Shown in pieces: positions 27,902 through 38,086 of a stretch of DNA of 64,000 nt (within the stretch, counting starts at the first letter, position 1; the number at the start of each line of letters is the position of its first letter). This DNA is from Candidatus Magasanikiibacteriota bacterium (GTDB taxonomy: Bacteria > Patescibacteriota > Patescibacteriia > Magasanikbacterales > GWA2-37-8), in the NCBI GenBank assembly GCA_026396515.1, contig JAPLWQ010000002.1:193230-257229 (forward strand), in the 5' to 3' direction. The translations under genes and the position numbers were made by a program. The notes beneath the pieces are model-generated. The model searched no databases. It was not told the origin of the DNA and saw nothing but the letters and a program-made list of their open reading frames with translations.

Positions 27902-30787
27902 CTATGCGATTGGAGGTCGTATCGGCAAATTGGCGGGAGGCGGACTTACTGCCGGGGGTATTTGTGGCGGTGCCGGTGGTGGAACAATGGGCGGTGCCGG
28001 CGGTGGCTGGCTTCCCCGCGGCGGTTCAACCGGCGTCATCCCGCTTTTTTCCATTCCAATATCAACCTTAACTACTTCATTTTTCTGTCTGATTTTTATA
28101 TCCGCACTGGTTGTTTTATCATACCCGTTCTTATCAAAAGTAATGAAGTATTCATTAGGTCCAACCATAAACGAATATCTTCCGCTATTATCAGTTACCT
28201 CAGTAGCAACCAATTTGTTAAATTGCTTGCTAAACAATCTTGTAACCACGCGGCCAATTGGTTTCTTATCCGTTTTATCATACACAATACCCCAATTTTT
28301 TGGTTTCTTGGCCACGGACAAACGTTTGAACAAATAATATAAAGCAACCTGCGCAACTAATAGTGAGATGGTCCACCAATTCGGCGATATAACCACAGCT
28401 ATGATACCGGCAACAATGCTTAAAGAGGCGATGAATTTCTGTACATCTCTCAGCCAGCGCTCAATAAGAATGCGCCGCGGCGTTCTTTCTTCGACTCCTG
28501 CCGGATCCACCGGGATATTCGCGGCTATCGCCACGTATTTGTCGTCAACATGAACCGGTTCGCCATGGTAAATGTCCAAAAAGCCTGTATCCTCCTTGAA
28601 TTCCTGCAAAATTTTTGTCGGAAAAACATATCCTGGTTTTGTTACTTCCAAACGGTATAAACCCGGCTCAACGAAGAACGCATAGCGGCCCTCAGCATCG
28701 GTCACCCGGGACTGGACAATTCTGTTTGTTTTTGAATCAATTACCCGAACAATAGCCAGGTCAATCGGCATTTTACTTAGTGAATTATATACAATTCCCC
28801 ACTTCTTCCTTTTTCTTCTGCCAAACAGGAATATCGGCTGTAGGAATAAGAATCTCAAATATGATAATAAACTTAACAGGGAAAGAGCCGGGACAGTGGC
28901 TAAAAGAGCTGACCCCAAAGCGATCGGCGCCACCGCCTGCTCGGCGGCTTTTTCCACATTCGGGTTGTCCGCACTTTCTATTAATTTATTAACTTGATCT
29001 TGCGCTACCGAAGCTACATAGGAGGCTTTATCAGTAAGTGGTACGTTAGTGTCCAAAAGGTCAACTGATCCAACTAATTGAAACTGTCGATTGACTATAT
29101 GATTTGTCAGCGCAAATCCGCTTGTTTGTTCAGTGCGAAAACCGCCGGCCTCGGCCCTAATTCTAAATGTTCCATTCGGCAATACAAAACCATATCGGCC
29201 ATTCGCTGATGTCTGCGTTCTGGCCACTTGTACATATTGCCCGCCCGCATACTGCTCGGCTATTACGCTCGCGCCGGATACTGGGCCGATACCATCCCGG
29301 GTTTTGCCATTAATAATGCCCTGCGTCAAGATAGAAACAGTAAATGGAATTACTGCTTCGCTCGATGACCCATAATCAATCGTAAGCGCCGCATTGTGCA
29401 AACCGACAGCGCTTAAATCGGTAACATCAACCGCGTACATCCGCAAGGAGTTATCATAATATAGGCGATAAGTATTTTCACCAAGCAATAAATTGACTTC
29501 GGAAACCTGTTCGCCTATCTCACTTATATCAGCGGCCACAGTTAAAGAAAACCCGCTTAAAGCTTCAACCGAGCCGCCTGTATTCGGCACTGCTTCAACA
29601 GTTCTGTTGGCCAAATAGAATTTTAAATCGGTCAGCGAAACAACTCCGCCGGTTGATGGTGTGGACGTGGCGGTCGGGCACTGTACTTCACCGAAGACAA
29701 ACTCATTATTGTCAGTTTCATTTTCACAGCCCGGATCCGCTAAATCGATCAGATTGTCATTATCATTATCTACCCCATCACTGCACTGAGTTACAATACC
29801 GCCGCTGGGCGTTGTCGAGCAAGAATAATCACCGGTCGAAAATTCATTATTATCATCCGAATTCGCGCATCCGGCATCAGCCGGAAAATCAATTCTACCA
29901 TCACCATCATTATCCACACCGTCAGAACATTGAGGCGTAATTGCACTGGCTGAGCAGCCAAGCTGGGCGCAGGATAAGTCATTAAACTGATAGGTCCTGG
30001 ACATGGCGTTACCGGCCTTATCAACAGCAGAAGCCGACACCACCACCTTTAGTTCCGGCGTAAGATCATTTACGGGATTTATATCGATTGAATACCACTT
30101 GTCATCAGTACCGTGCGCCGTGCGCGTAACATTTATCGGCAACTCAATATTGTTTTGCTTTACCACAACACTGAAGGTGCTCATGTTAAGGCCGGATCCG
30201 TCGTCGCGAATATCAAATTTAATATTCTGTCCGACCGGATGGTTTGGATTGTCCGGTACCGGGTCTAAATTAGTAAGATATGGCGGCTGCGTCTCACAGT
30301 ATCCATCAATAACAGTGTAACTACCTGATGTAACGCCGGTTAAGATATTTTCACTTGAGGGGTGAGCCGCAATTTTACTCGTAATGTCGCCGGCATTATA
30401 TCTGACGGTCAGATTAAGAGCGCCGTTGATATTACTCCGAACATTCACAGTGGCATAATTTAACGCGTTGCCATTTACGATTCCACCATAGCCAAACAGG
30501 CCGACCGTCCCGGCCGGCACTCCCGGTGGCGTACCATAGGTGCTGAATAATCCCGCGCCGGAAAGCCCAATTGTTCCGCCACCTAGCGCTCCATAATCAA
30601 CATATACTTGCGCGCCATTTGACGCCTGACCGTCTGTGCTCATTTTGACACGGATCTGCGCCGTGCATCCTTTTATAAGATTGCCGGATGCCGGTTCAAG
30701 ATAAAAAGTCGCGGCAGATGCCAAGTCAGCTTTAAAGAAAATCAATAGAGCAACAGCTGCAAGCGACCAACGGATAAATTTCAACAT
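27902..30787 (-). CDS. Large surface/membrane protein: cohesin-like N-terminus, Cys/Asp repeats, carboxypeptidase-regulatory-like domains, Pro-rich tail
   Basis: ATFYLEP..NGAQVYVDY; two CSDGVDND..ID..D.GC repeats; TDAEGRYAF and TDNSGRYSF; TMs. Confidence 0.7.
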   Translation of the reverse strand: MLKFIRWSLAAVALLIFFKADLASAATFYLEPASGNLIKGCTAQIRVKMSTDGQASNGAQVYVDYGALGGGTIGLSGAGLFSTYGTPPGVPAGTVGLFGYGGIVNGNALNYATVNVRSNINGALNLTVRYNAGDITSKIAAHPSSENILTGVTSGSYTVIDGYCETQPPYLTNLDPVPDNPNHPVGQNIKFDIRDDGSGLNMSTFSVVVKQNNIELPINVTRTAHGTDDKWYSIDINPVNDLTPELKVVVSASAVDKAGNAMSRTYQFNDLSCAQLGCSASAITPQCSDGVDNDGDGRIDFPADAGCANSDDNNEFSTGDYSCSTTPSGGIVTQCSDGVDNDNDNLIDLADPGCENETDNNEFVFGEVQCPTATSTPSTGGVVSLTDLKFYLANRTVEAVPNTGGSVEALSGFSLTVAADISEIGEQVSEVNLLLGENTYRLYYDNSLRMYAVDVTDLSAVGLHNAALTIDYGSSSEAVIPFTVSILTQGIINGKTRDGIGPVSGASVIAEQYAGGQYVQVARTQTSANGRYGFVLPNGTFRIRAEAGGFRTEQTSGFALTNHIVNRQFQLVGSVDLLDTNVPLTDKASYVASVAQDQVNKLIESADNPNVEKAAEQAVAPIALGSALLATVPALSLLSLLSYLRFLFLQPIFLFGRRKRKKWGIVYNSLSKMPIDLAIVRVIDSKTNRIVQSRVTDAEGRYAFFVEPGLYRLEVTKPGYVFPTKILQEFKEDTGFLDIYHGEPVHVDDKYVAIAANIPVDPAGVEERTPRRILIERWLRDVQKFIASLSIVAGIIAVVISPNWWTISLLVAQVALYYLFKRLSVAKKPKNWGIVYDKTDKKPIGRVVTRLFSKQFNKLVATEVTDNSGRYSFMVGPNEYFITFDKNGYDKTTSADIKIRQKNEVVKVDIGMEKSGMTPVEPPRGSQPPPAPPIVPPPAPPQIPPAVSPPPANLPIRPPIA

Positions 30788-30819
30788 AGTTTTTATTTGA
30801 TAATTTTTCGTAATTAAAA

Positions 30820-31764
30820 TTATAATATCGGATCGCCTTTCTTGTTATAATTCACCAGAACGGCACTCATATCAAGCACATCAACAATTCCATCGCGGTT
30901 TAAGTCAAACTCAAGATTATGAGAGTTGAATTTAATGTCTTCAGCGGAAATATCAAGGATGTCGACATAATTATCTTTTAAACCAGTACCCTGAACATCA
31001 CCTGCTAATAATGAAAAAACGCTGGCCTCGGAAAAATCCAAAACCGCGTCCGTACCATTTTCCAAATGAACGCCAATTATTTTTTTTGCCAGATGCGATT
31101 GGCCTTTCAAAACTGCTTCAAAATTTCCGGTAGGCGCCCCGATATATTGTACTGTCGAAGAACCGACATCATTAATTGCGGTTGTAAATGAAAACATCAG
31201 TTGCTTTGTCGCCGAATCATACAGCAGCAAGGTTACATCCAAAGAGAGATTGCCGCCCGTCTTTGGCACACGCTTCTCCGGCTTGGCAATTATTGTCAGT
31301 TTATTTTGAAAAGCGGGAGAAAGAGTAACAAATGTGCCAGTGGCGGTTGTCTGATTGCTGGTATCAGCGCAGGTAATTAAAAAATAGTACGGCGTACCAG
31401 TGGTTAGGTCGCTTAAATTGACATAAAAATTTGAACCAGCTACGTTTGTCGCGCCAGAGGTGCCGTACATATCGGTAAGACCATAATTAAAAGAACAATA
31501 ACCTACTGACACATTATCTGTCGCTATCCAACTTACTGTGGCAGTAGTAAAGGATACATCTGTATTTATATTTGAAATAACCGGCGGTATGTTGTCGCTT
31601 GAACCGCCGCCTCCGCCCGGTGGCGTGCTGGTTGATGGCACGACAAATTGCACGTTTATATCCCCGGTTTCTTGAGCGGTAAAAGCAAAAGAGCCAAACA
31701 AAAAACAACCGCCCAATAATAGAAGTAGCAACACTACCCCAATATTGTAACGATTGTTAATCAT
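30820..31764 (-). CDS. Secreted FN3-like plus dockerin-like protein
   Basis: TTATVSWIATD..LTTGTPYYF; duplicated Ca-loop GDV..DNYVDILD and DLNRDGIVDVLD. Confidence 0.7.
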   Translation of the reverse strand: MINNRYNIGVVLLLLLLGGCFLFGSFAFTAQETGDINVQFVVPSTSTPPGGGGGSSDNIPPVISNINTDVSFTTATVSWIATDNVSVGYCSFNYGLTDMYGTSGATNVAGSNFYVNLSDLTTGTPYYFLITCADTSNQTTATGTFVTLSPAFQNKLTIIAKPEKRVPKTGGNLSLDVTLLLYDSATKQLMFSFTTAINDVGSSTVQYIGAPTGNFEAVLKGQSHLAKKIIGVHLENGTDAVLDFSEASVFSLLAGDVQGTGLKDNYVDILDISAEDIKFNSHNLEFDLNRDGIVDVLDMSAVLVNYNKKGDPIL

Positions 31765-31765
31765 A

Positions 31766-32644
31766 TTAAACTTTTTTTCTTCTAAATATCGCGACAGCTC
31801 CCAAAGCGGAAAATATCGCCAATAATATCCATAAATATAAAGGAAGATACCAGACGCTCTTTGTCGCCACCACTGTTTGCTTTGTTAAACCATAATTCAC
31901 CTTTACTTCAGCTTCATAGAGTCCTGGTAAGAGCAAACGCGCCGGCAAGTCCAAGTTTGCCGAAAAGCTCCTGCCTGACGATGGTAAAAGAGGCAGGCCA
32001 AAACTTATATCGCTTCGCGACACTTCGCGTCCCAGCCAATCGCGTACCGTAATTTCGCCTTTTACCGGCAATTCGGTGACGCAAGTATTAACTATGGAAA
32101 GAATCGCAGGCCAACTCTTCTTGACCGTAATGCCCGGCACCTCCCAGTGGTCAATACTTAACGACTCATTTACAACACCCGCGACCTGCAAAAGAAAAAC
32201 TGATACCAATTGGCCCGAGACGCCAACTTGCTTTTCAGCCTCACCAGTCACGCTCTCTGCCGCCAAGCCAAGATAATGAGACCCTGCCAAAGCGTCCTGC
32301 GGTACACTGACCGAAAAGTTAATTATTTTTTCAGAGTTTGGAAGAATCTCCACTATATCAACTTCCGGACGCACCCATGTTTCAGCGACTGAATTCTTTT
32401 CCATAAATGCCAGCCGCCCGCTTTCCATCTGCCGTGCGCCTAACACCTTTATCTTATATACCTGTTTTTTTGAAGACGAATTTTTGACTGTCAATGATAC
32501 ATCATGGCTCGACGTGCCCGGCGTAAGCGTCAGGTGATACTTGAGAGGGCTAATTGAAAAAGATTGACACACCGTAGTGAAAAATAATGCGCCAACGACC
32601 GCAAAAAAAAATATTTTTATCCAGCTTCTCATCATGTTTATCAA
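31766..32644 (-). CDS. DUF916/WxL-interacting-like membrane-anchored protein
   Basis: SISP, VSVPQDALAGSHY, C-terminal TM plus RRKK. Confidence 0.6.
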   Translation of the reverse strand: MINMMRSWIKIFFFAVVGALFFTTVCQSFSISPLKYHLTLTPGTSSHDVSLTVKNSSSKKQVYKIKVLGARQMESGRLAFMEKNSVAETWVRPEVDIVEILPNSEKIINFSVSVPQDALAGSHYLGLAAESVTGEAEKQVGVSGQLVSVFLLQVAGVVNESLSIDHWEVPGITVKKSWPAILSIVNTCVTELPVKGEITVRDWLGREVSRSDISFGLPLLPSSGRSFSANLDLPARLLLPGLYEAEVKVNYGLTKQTVVATKSVWYLPLYLWILLAIFSALGAVAIFRRKKV

Positions 32645-33264
32645 AGATTAGCGGACGCAGACATAGTCACTGTCTGGCTATAACTGCCGACAGCAGACGC
32701 AGCATCTATTGATGCTTTAAAAGAAATATCTGTCGCACTCGGGTCTATCGCCGTTGAGGTCGCCGAAACAATCGTACCAGCCGCTACCGCCACATCGCCT
32801 ACCACCTGACTTTCCGAACCACTGGCCGAAAAACCGTATTCTTCAGACCCAATGCTAACGGCGCCGTCGGATACTGCCGCAAGACCGGCCCCTGCCACGG
32901 CTGACATAGACATGGAATAGCCACTAATGCTATCTGTCCCCACGGTTACCGTAGTTATTGCAGTATTTATTGCCCCAGTACTTAATGTGCCTAAATTGAG
33001 CGCATTGTCGCTAATATCCATGGACAAATAGCCCCGCTCCATATATTGATAGCCGGCTCGTATTTCATAGGCGCTGCTTGATGAAAAATCACTCGGCGAT
33101 TCGCCGATTGTATCTTGAAGTGTGTAAGCTCCGCCCGAACTAAAACTACCGCCTGCATCTACTGAATCGGCATAAATGTAATAATTTGTTGAAGACATGG
33201 CGGCGAATACATTAAAAGGTACGGCCGCCATGGCCAACATAAGTAGCGCCGCGTAGAAACGCAT
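32641..33264 (-). CDS. Secreted WxL-like/beta-rich surface protein
   Basis: Signal peptide, MSSTNY, C-terminal GSYSQTVTMSA strand. Confidence 0.55.
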   Translation of the reverse strand: MRFYAALLMLAMAAVPFNVFAAMSSTNYYIYADSVDAGGSFSSGGAYTLQDTIGESPSDFSSSSAYEIRAGYQYMERGYLSMDISDNALNLGTLSTGAINTAITTVTVGTDSISGYSMSMSAVAGAGLAAVSDGAVSIGSEEYGFSASGSESQVVGDVAVAAGTIVSATSTAIDPSATDISFKASIDAASAVGSYSQTVTMSASANL

Positions 33265-33273
33265 AACAAATTT

Positions 33274-35586
33274 TTATTGATTCGCCGGTGTTTCCTCCGG
33301 AGCAGCCGTTCCTCCACCAACCAGAGACCTAATTTTGCTTGTGATATCTTTATTGTCCGGATTTAAATCTTTTACTTTGTAATAGTACTGCAGAGCAGTT
33401 GTTTTATCTCCGCGCGATTCATACAGCAACCCTAAGCTGTATAAAGCGTTTGAATAATTTGGCTGGAGGTTCACTGAATTTAGCCAAAGCGTTTCGGCAT
33501 CAGCGCGATCTTTATCTTTATTGCGGTTATATAATAGGCGGCCAAAATCAAAGAGTAAAACCGGATTGTTCGCGGCACCATATGACATCGCAGCTTTGTA
33601 CGATTCTACCGCTTCATCCAATTTATTTTGCTGTTCATACACTCTCGCCAGGCCGACATACGAATCAAGATAGTCGCGCTTTAACTCGCTCGCCTCCTTA
33701 TAATTTTTTATCGCATCATCCATCTGGCTTGATAACGCATAGTTGTTGGCTAACCGCCAAGAAAGTACCGGGTTGGTCGGCTCAAGCTCTTTTGCCTTTT
33801 GCCACGATTTAATCGCCCACTCTCTCGCTTCAGGGACAATGACGGCCGCATTTTCATACATGATAGCCAGATTTTCCCAGATCGCAACAGAACGGGGGGA
33901 TATTTCAGTGGCAGTTCTCGCTTCGTTTACAGCTTGCGCCACAAACGAACTGACAGCTTGCAGGTCTTTGCTTCCAGTGTTAACTAAATTTACCGCCTGC
34001 ATTAAGTATACCTGCGCCAATGCTGCATGATAAACATCCGAGCTGCCCCTCTGAAACAGTGCACGAGTTAAATTGCTTTGCGCTTCATTATAATCTTTAC
34101 TGGTGATAGCTTTGGCATACGACGCCTCCGCAAGATATAACCGCGCCCCCCACACTCCAACCATAATCAGGCCGGCGAGCACAACAATCATTACGAATGA
34201 AAAAGTCAGGCTGTATTGCGGAGTATCTTCAACTTCCCACTCTTTTTGCTTAATTACTTCGGGGTTAATAAATGATAACCCGGTAATAATTAAACCAAGC
34301 ATCAGCCACCATAACCACCATAATACCGGACCGAAAAACACGACAGCCATGGCACCAGTTAATACCAGCCAGGCCGCTGCCGTAATAAAAGTATCCAATT
34401 TGGTTTCCACAGAGTCGCCCATATCAACCATTTTAACAGCCGAAAAACCACCCCTCTTAAACCAAACGTTAAATACATGGCCAATTACATATAGGACCGC
34501 GAACAGAATAATAAGAGTGATCAGGACTCCGCCTTCAGCAAGGAGCGCCATAAAGGTTGAAAGCGGCTGACTGAACCGTAATGACCAAGCCAAAGTATCA
34601 TTATTAAAATCAACTGACCGATACTTTGAGAAATCAACATTGAAAGTACCCAAACCACTACCCAATAAAAATCCTTTTGCTCCGGAAAAAATAGTTTGAG
34701 ATGTAATGGACCATGAAGGTTTTGCCCCAAGAGAAATTTCGGCCGGAACTGCAGTCTGCAAATATCTCGGCGTACCAAATGCGATAAATATTACCGTTAA
34801 CATTAACATGGCAAACAAAGCTGAAACCCAGCCCAGCCGTACTTCTTTCATAAAGCTGACACCGACAAGCAGTAATAATATCAACCCTGCCAACACTATC
34901 CACCAAAGAATATTAAAGCTGAGCAACACGAGCGAGGCAAAACAAAGAATCGTTACGAAGAAATACATTATTGACTTCCCTACCAACATGTTCTTTTTAA
35001 GCAAATTGCCCGCGGCCAATAACATGATGACAATAATCCAAATGCCAAATGGCGTATTAATTTTATCAATTGAATTTAATGCGCCCGGGAATAACCAAGA
35101 AAGCAAGTCAAGTTTAAAGACAGCCTTCAAGATAAACACTAATGTCGTAAATCCACCGGTGTACACCATGGCATCAACCAAACCGCTCCAACGCGCGCGG
35201 GAATTGATGAAATTAGTAATAAGAAAATAAAAAACCGCTAGGAAAATAAGGTAAACATAGTTGAACACGAAATATTCATTTCTACCAAGAAACGAATCAT
35301 AATGATTCACTGAAAAAATGGACGAGAAAAGTGCGAACAGCAGTAAACCCAAGATCGGTAAATCCATTATTGACCGACGGTATGAAAGTGTTTTTGACAA
35401 AATCATTTTCGCCACAAACAAAATTACATTTACCAACAGTAAGCATATAAATGCATACTGTTTTGGTATGATATAAAAATTAACCAAATTTCTGTCCATA
35501 AACAGCGGCACGGCCACTGCATTGACCAGCAAAAAGACATACGAAAATATGTCTATAAACTTCAATACCTTCTGATTACCCATCAT
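33274..35586 (-). CDS. O-antigen ligase/O-OTase-like polytopic protein with TPR C-terminus
   Basis: Many TMs, LLGSGLGTF, LAEGG, C-terminal TPRs. Confidence 0.75.
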   Translation of the reverse strand: MMGNQKVLKFIDIFSYVFLLVNAVAVPLFMDRNLVNFYIIPKQYAFICLLLVNVILFVAKMILSKTLSYRRSIMDLPILGLLLFALFSSIFSVNHYDSFLGRNEYFVFNYVYLIFLAVFYFLITNFINSRARWSGLVDAMVYTGGFTTLVFILKAVFKLDLLSWLFPGALNSIDKINTPFGIWIIVIMLLAAGNLLKKNMLVGKSIMYFFVTILCFASLVLLSFNILWWIVLAGLILLLLVGVSFMKEVRLGWVSALFAMLMLTVIFIAFGTPRYLQTAVPAEISLGAKPSWSITSQTIFSGAKGFLLGSGLGTFNVDFSKYRSVDFNNDTLAWSLRFSQPLSTFMALLAEGGVLITLIILFAVLYVIGHVFNVWFKRGGFSAVKMVDMGDSVETKLDTFITAAAWLVLTGAMAVVFFGPVLWWLWWLMLGLIITGLSFINPEVIKQKEWEVEDTPQYSLTFSFVMIVVLAGLIMVGVWGARLYLAEASYAKAITSKDYNEAQSNLTRALFQRGSSDVYHAALAQVYLMQAVNLVNTGSKDLQAVSSFVAQAVNEARTATEISPRSVAIWENLAIMYENAAVIVPEAREWAIKSWQKAKELEPTNPVLSWRLANNYALSSQMDDAIKNYKEASELKRDYLDSYVGLARVYEQQNKLDEAVESYKAAMSYGAANNPVLLFDFGRLLYNRNKDKDRADAETLWLNSVNLQPNYSNALYSLGLLYESRGDKTTALQYYYKVKDLNPDNKDITSKIRSLVGGGTAAPEETPANQ

Positions 35587-35688
35587 AATGTATATATTAC
35601 GAGTAAAATATTTATTATTAAGTCAACAAACGGCGATCCGACCGAATCACCTGCAGCAATTATATCACACTTTATAAATATGATAAAC

Positions 35689-35915
35689 TGTGAATAACTC
35701 AGTAATGGGACCTGTGTAAACATCTGCACATCTCGGAACCGTGTCCATGTATTTATGGCATATGCATGTGCTCTATTGCGCGAACTGGAAGTTCAACCGG
35801 GTTGGACAATTCATTTTCGGGTTATCTCACGCCTCGTGTGCAGAAATGTCATTTTTGTGTACGCTAGCGTACACAAATTTTCAATATATCGCATGCTATC
35901 CACAATTTATTCACA
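35689..35915. promoter_or_regulatory. Satellite DnaA-box-like cluster with 24-bp palindrome
   Basis: TGTGAATAA 35689, CTATCCACA 35896, TTATTCACA 35907; TTTGTGTACGCTAGCGTACACAAA 35854-35877. Confidence 0.6.
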
Positions 35916-35942
35916 AAAAAATACCCTGCAAGGGTATTTGAG

Positions 35943-36013
35943 TGGACTTACCGGGAATTGAACCCGGGTCTCCGCAATGCGAATGCGGCGTACTACCGCT
36001 GTACTATAAGCCC
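35943..36013 (-). tRNA. tRNA-Ala(CGC)
   Basis: G3:U70; CCGCA-TTCGCAT-TGCGG. Confidence 0.93.
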
Positions 36014-36094
36014 AAATATATGATGCCAATGCTATATCCTCGGTAATGGAGATAAATTTCAATTTCCAACACACCGAATAGCTTGCTCGAAAAT

Positions 36095-36110
36095 TGTTTC
36101 ACGTGAAACA
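36095..36110. promoter_or_regulatory. parS: parS site
   Basis: Perfect TGTTTCACGTGAAACA. Confidence 0.92.
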
Positions 36111-36280
36111 ATTTGACTCAATTTCGAATATTATATCACAATTCTTGAAGAAATCAAGGGCAAAATGTGTATAATTGTGCATAAATACCGCCTCTTGTCA
36201 GGATATCAGCCAGAACATAAAAAAAACCGCCTCAACCGAAGTATGTTGGCGGGAGCAGAGGGGCTGCTCAGTCCTTGCGA

Positions 36281-36454
36281 TCACTTGCTCTTGTAGAAGA
36301 TGGTAATGGTAACATGATGAGAAAGGCGGCCGGAAGCGTTTTGTAGCACCCGCGTGATCTCGACGGTTGCGCCGGCCAACTCGAGCCAGTCATTAATCTG
36401 CTTCTCGAGACCCACTGAGTTATCGACCGCATAGAACACTTTTACTCTCTCCAT
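36281..36454 (-). CDS. Small orphan protein (SD-led cassette)
   Basis: MERVKVF..LEKQINDWL..ITIFY; AAAGGAGG SD; TTGACA promoter at 36535. Confidence 0.7.
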   Translation of the reverse strand: MERVKVFYAVDNSVGLEKQINDWLELAGATVEITRVLQNASGRLSHHVTITIFYKSK

Positions 36455-36582
36455 TTGCTTCCTCCTTTTCGGCAAAAAATGAGCTTGAACCACTATCGGC
36501 TTACTCAAAATAGCACGTGATGTCATTTCTGTCAATATAGCGCCGGAAAACAGCTATTTACGCAGTTATACATGATAAGAAT

Positions 36583-36598
36583 TGTTTCACGTGAAACA
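36583..36598. promoter_or_regulatory. parS: parS site
   Basis: Perfect TGTTTCACGTGAAACA within a 28-bp palindrome. Confidence 0.92.
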
Positions 36599-36646
36599 AT
36601 TCTTTGGGTAAATATGAGATTTTTGGCTAATTTCAGCCAAATATAG

Positions 36647-36718
36647 TGTCCTCGCCAGGAATCGAACCTGGATCCGAGCATTAGGAGTGCCCGGTTCTAT
36701 CCATTAAACTACGAGGAC
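36647..36718 (-). tRNA. tRNA-Arg(CCT)
   Basis: GTCCTCG/CGAGGAC acceptor; GGGCA-CTCCTAA-TGCTC. Confidence 0.94.
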
Positions 36719-36729
36719 CTGATAGAAGA

Positions 36730-36745
36730 TGTTTCACGTGAAACA
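36730..36745. promoter_or_regulatory. parS: parS site
   Basis: Perfect TGTTTCACGTGAAACA. Confidence 0.92.
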
Positions 36746-36824
36746 TTCTTGCACGTTAAATGCCACCACTATCACAATGCCTGCAATTGTCATATGCGCA
36801 ATCCTAGAAGTCGATTTTCACGCG

Positions 36825-36848
36825 TTTGTGTACGCTAGCGTACACAAA
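36825..36848. repeat. 24-bp perfect palindrome copy 2
   Basis: TTTGTGTACGCTAGCGTACACAAA identical to 35854-35877. Confidence 0.9.
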
Positions 36849-36953
36849 TCTACAAATGAGACCACGGCCAGTAATAAGCAGACAATTACATTCATGGCCT
36901 CTCCTTGTGGAAAACTTGCCGGGATGGTAATATCTTACTATAAAATACAAATT

Positions 36954-38033
36954 ATGACTACACAACTACTCACAATTATCTTGCTATCACTCCTAGTCTT
37001 CGTACTAATCGTCTTCGTTATCGTCCGCGGTTCAAGAAATCATTCTGGAAAAGACGACAATAACCTATATCTTTTGATTCAAAACCAAATACAGGATCTC
37101 TCCCGTCTTATGGACCAAAAAATGGGCGAAACAAACCGTACTATGAATGAGACGCAAACCAACCTTCACAAAACCATTCAAACGCAGTTTGGACAAAGCG
37201 CGAAAATAATATCCGATGTCACCGAGCGCCTGACCAAACTGGATGAGACCAACCGCCAGGTAATCGGATTTGCCGACCAGCTTCAGAATTTGGAAAACAT
37301 ATTACAAAATCCGAAACAACGCGGCATCCTTGGAGAGTATTATCTGGAAAATGTTTTAAAGAATGTTTTGCCACCGGGCTCGTATGAAATGCAGTATAAA
37401 TTTCCGGACGGAGATATCGTTGATGCAGTTGTGTTTGTGAAGGACAAAATCATACCAATTGACTCCAAATTCAGTTTGGAAAACTATAACCGTGCTGTCG
37501 GCGAGAAAGACCCGGTTCGCCGTGCCGAATTGGAAAATGATTTTAAAAATGATCTAAAAAAGCGCATTGATGAAACAAGCAAATACATCAAACCCAAAGA
37601 GGGGACGATGGATTTTGCTTTTATGTTTATTCCGGCCGAGGGCATTTATTACGATCTACTTATCAATCAAGTCGGCGCGATGAAGGTAAATACTCATGAT
37701 CTAATTGAATACGCTTTCAAAGAAAAACGCGTCATTATTGTTTCGCCAACTTCATTTCTCGCTTATCTGCAAACTGTGATGCAGGGCTTGCGCGCTTTGC
37801 AAATTGAGGATTCCGCCAAAGAAATTCGCAAGCGGGTGGAAGACTTAGGCAAACATATTTTGGCCTATGATGATTATTTAAAAAAGCTCGGCGGTAATCT
37901 TTCTACTACTGTGAATTCTTACAATTCCGCTTACAAAGAATTTAACAAAATTGATAAGGACGTAATAAAAATCGCAGGCGGAGAAAAACAAATTGAGCCG
38001 GTTTTATTGGATAAACCGAATGTTGAAGAATAG
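36954..38033 (+). CDS. rmuC: DNA recombination protein RmuC
   Basis: NPKQRGILGE, IPIDSKF, FMFIPAEG, VSPTS; start at ATG 36954. Confidence 0.92.
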   Translation: MTTQLLTIILLSLLVFVLIVFVIVRGSRNHSGKDDNNLYLLIQNQIQDLSRLMDQKMGETNRTMNETQTNLHKTIQTQFGQSAKIISDVTERLTKLDETNRQVIGFADQLQNLENILQNPKQRGILGEYYLENVLKNVLPPGSYEMQYKFPDGDIVDAVVFVKDKIIPIDSKFSLENYNRAVGEKDPVRRAELENDFKNDLKKRIDETSKYIKPKEGTMDFAFMFIPAEGIYYDLLINQVGAMKVNTHDLIEYAFKEKRVIIVSPTSFLAYLQTVMQGLRALQIEDSAKEIRKRVEDLGKHILAYDDYLKKLGGNLSTTVNSYNSAYKEFNKIDKDVIKIAGGEKQIEPVLLDKPNVEE

Positions 38034-38086
38034 GTTAGTTTGTCATATATATTCGTTTGAATTTTTAATCATTTATTTTTAAATAT

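Noticed and set aside
36729-36953. N-terminal extension of RmuC
   Set aside because: It runs through a parS site and the 24-bp palindrome; the TM-led start at 36954 fits the family.
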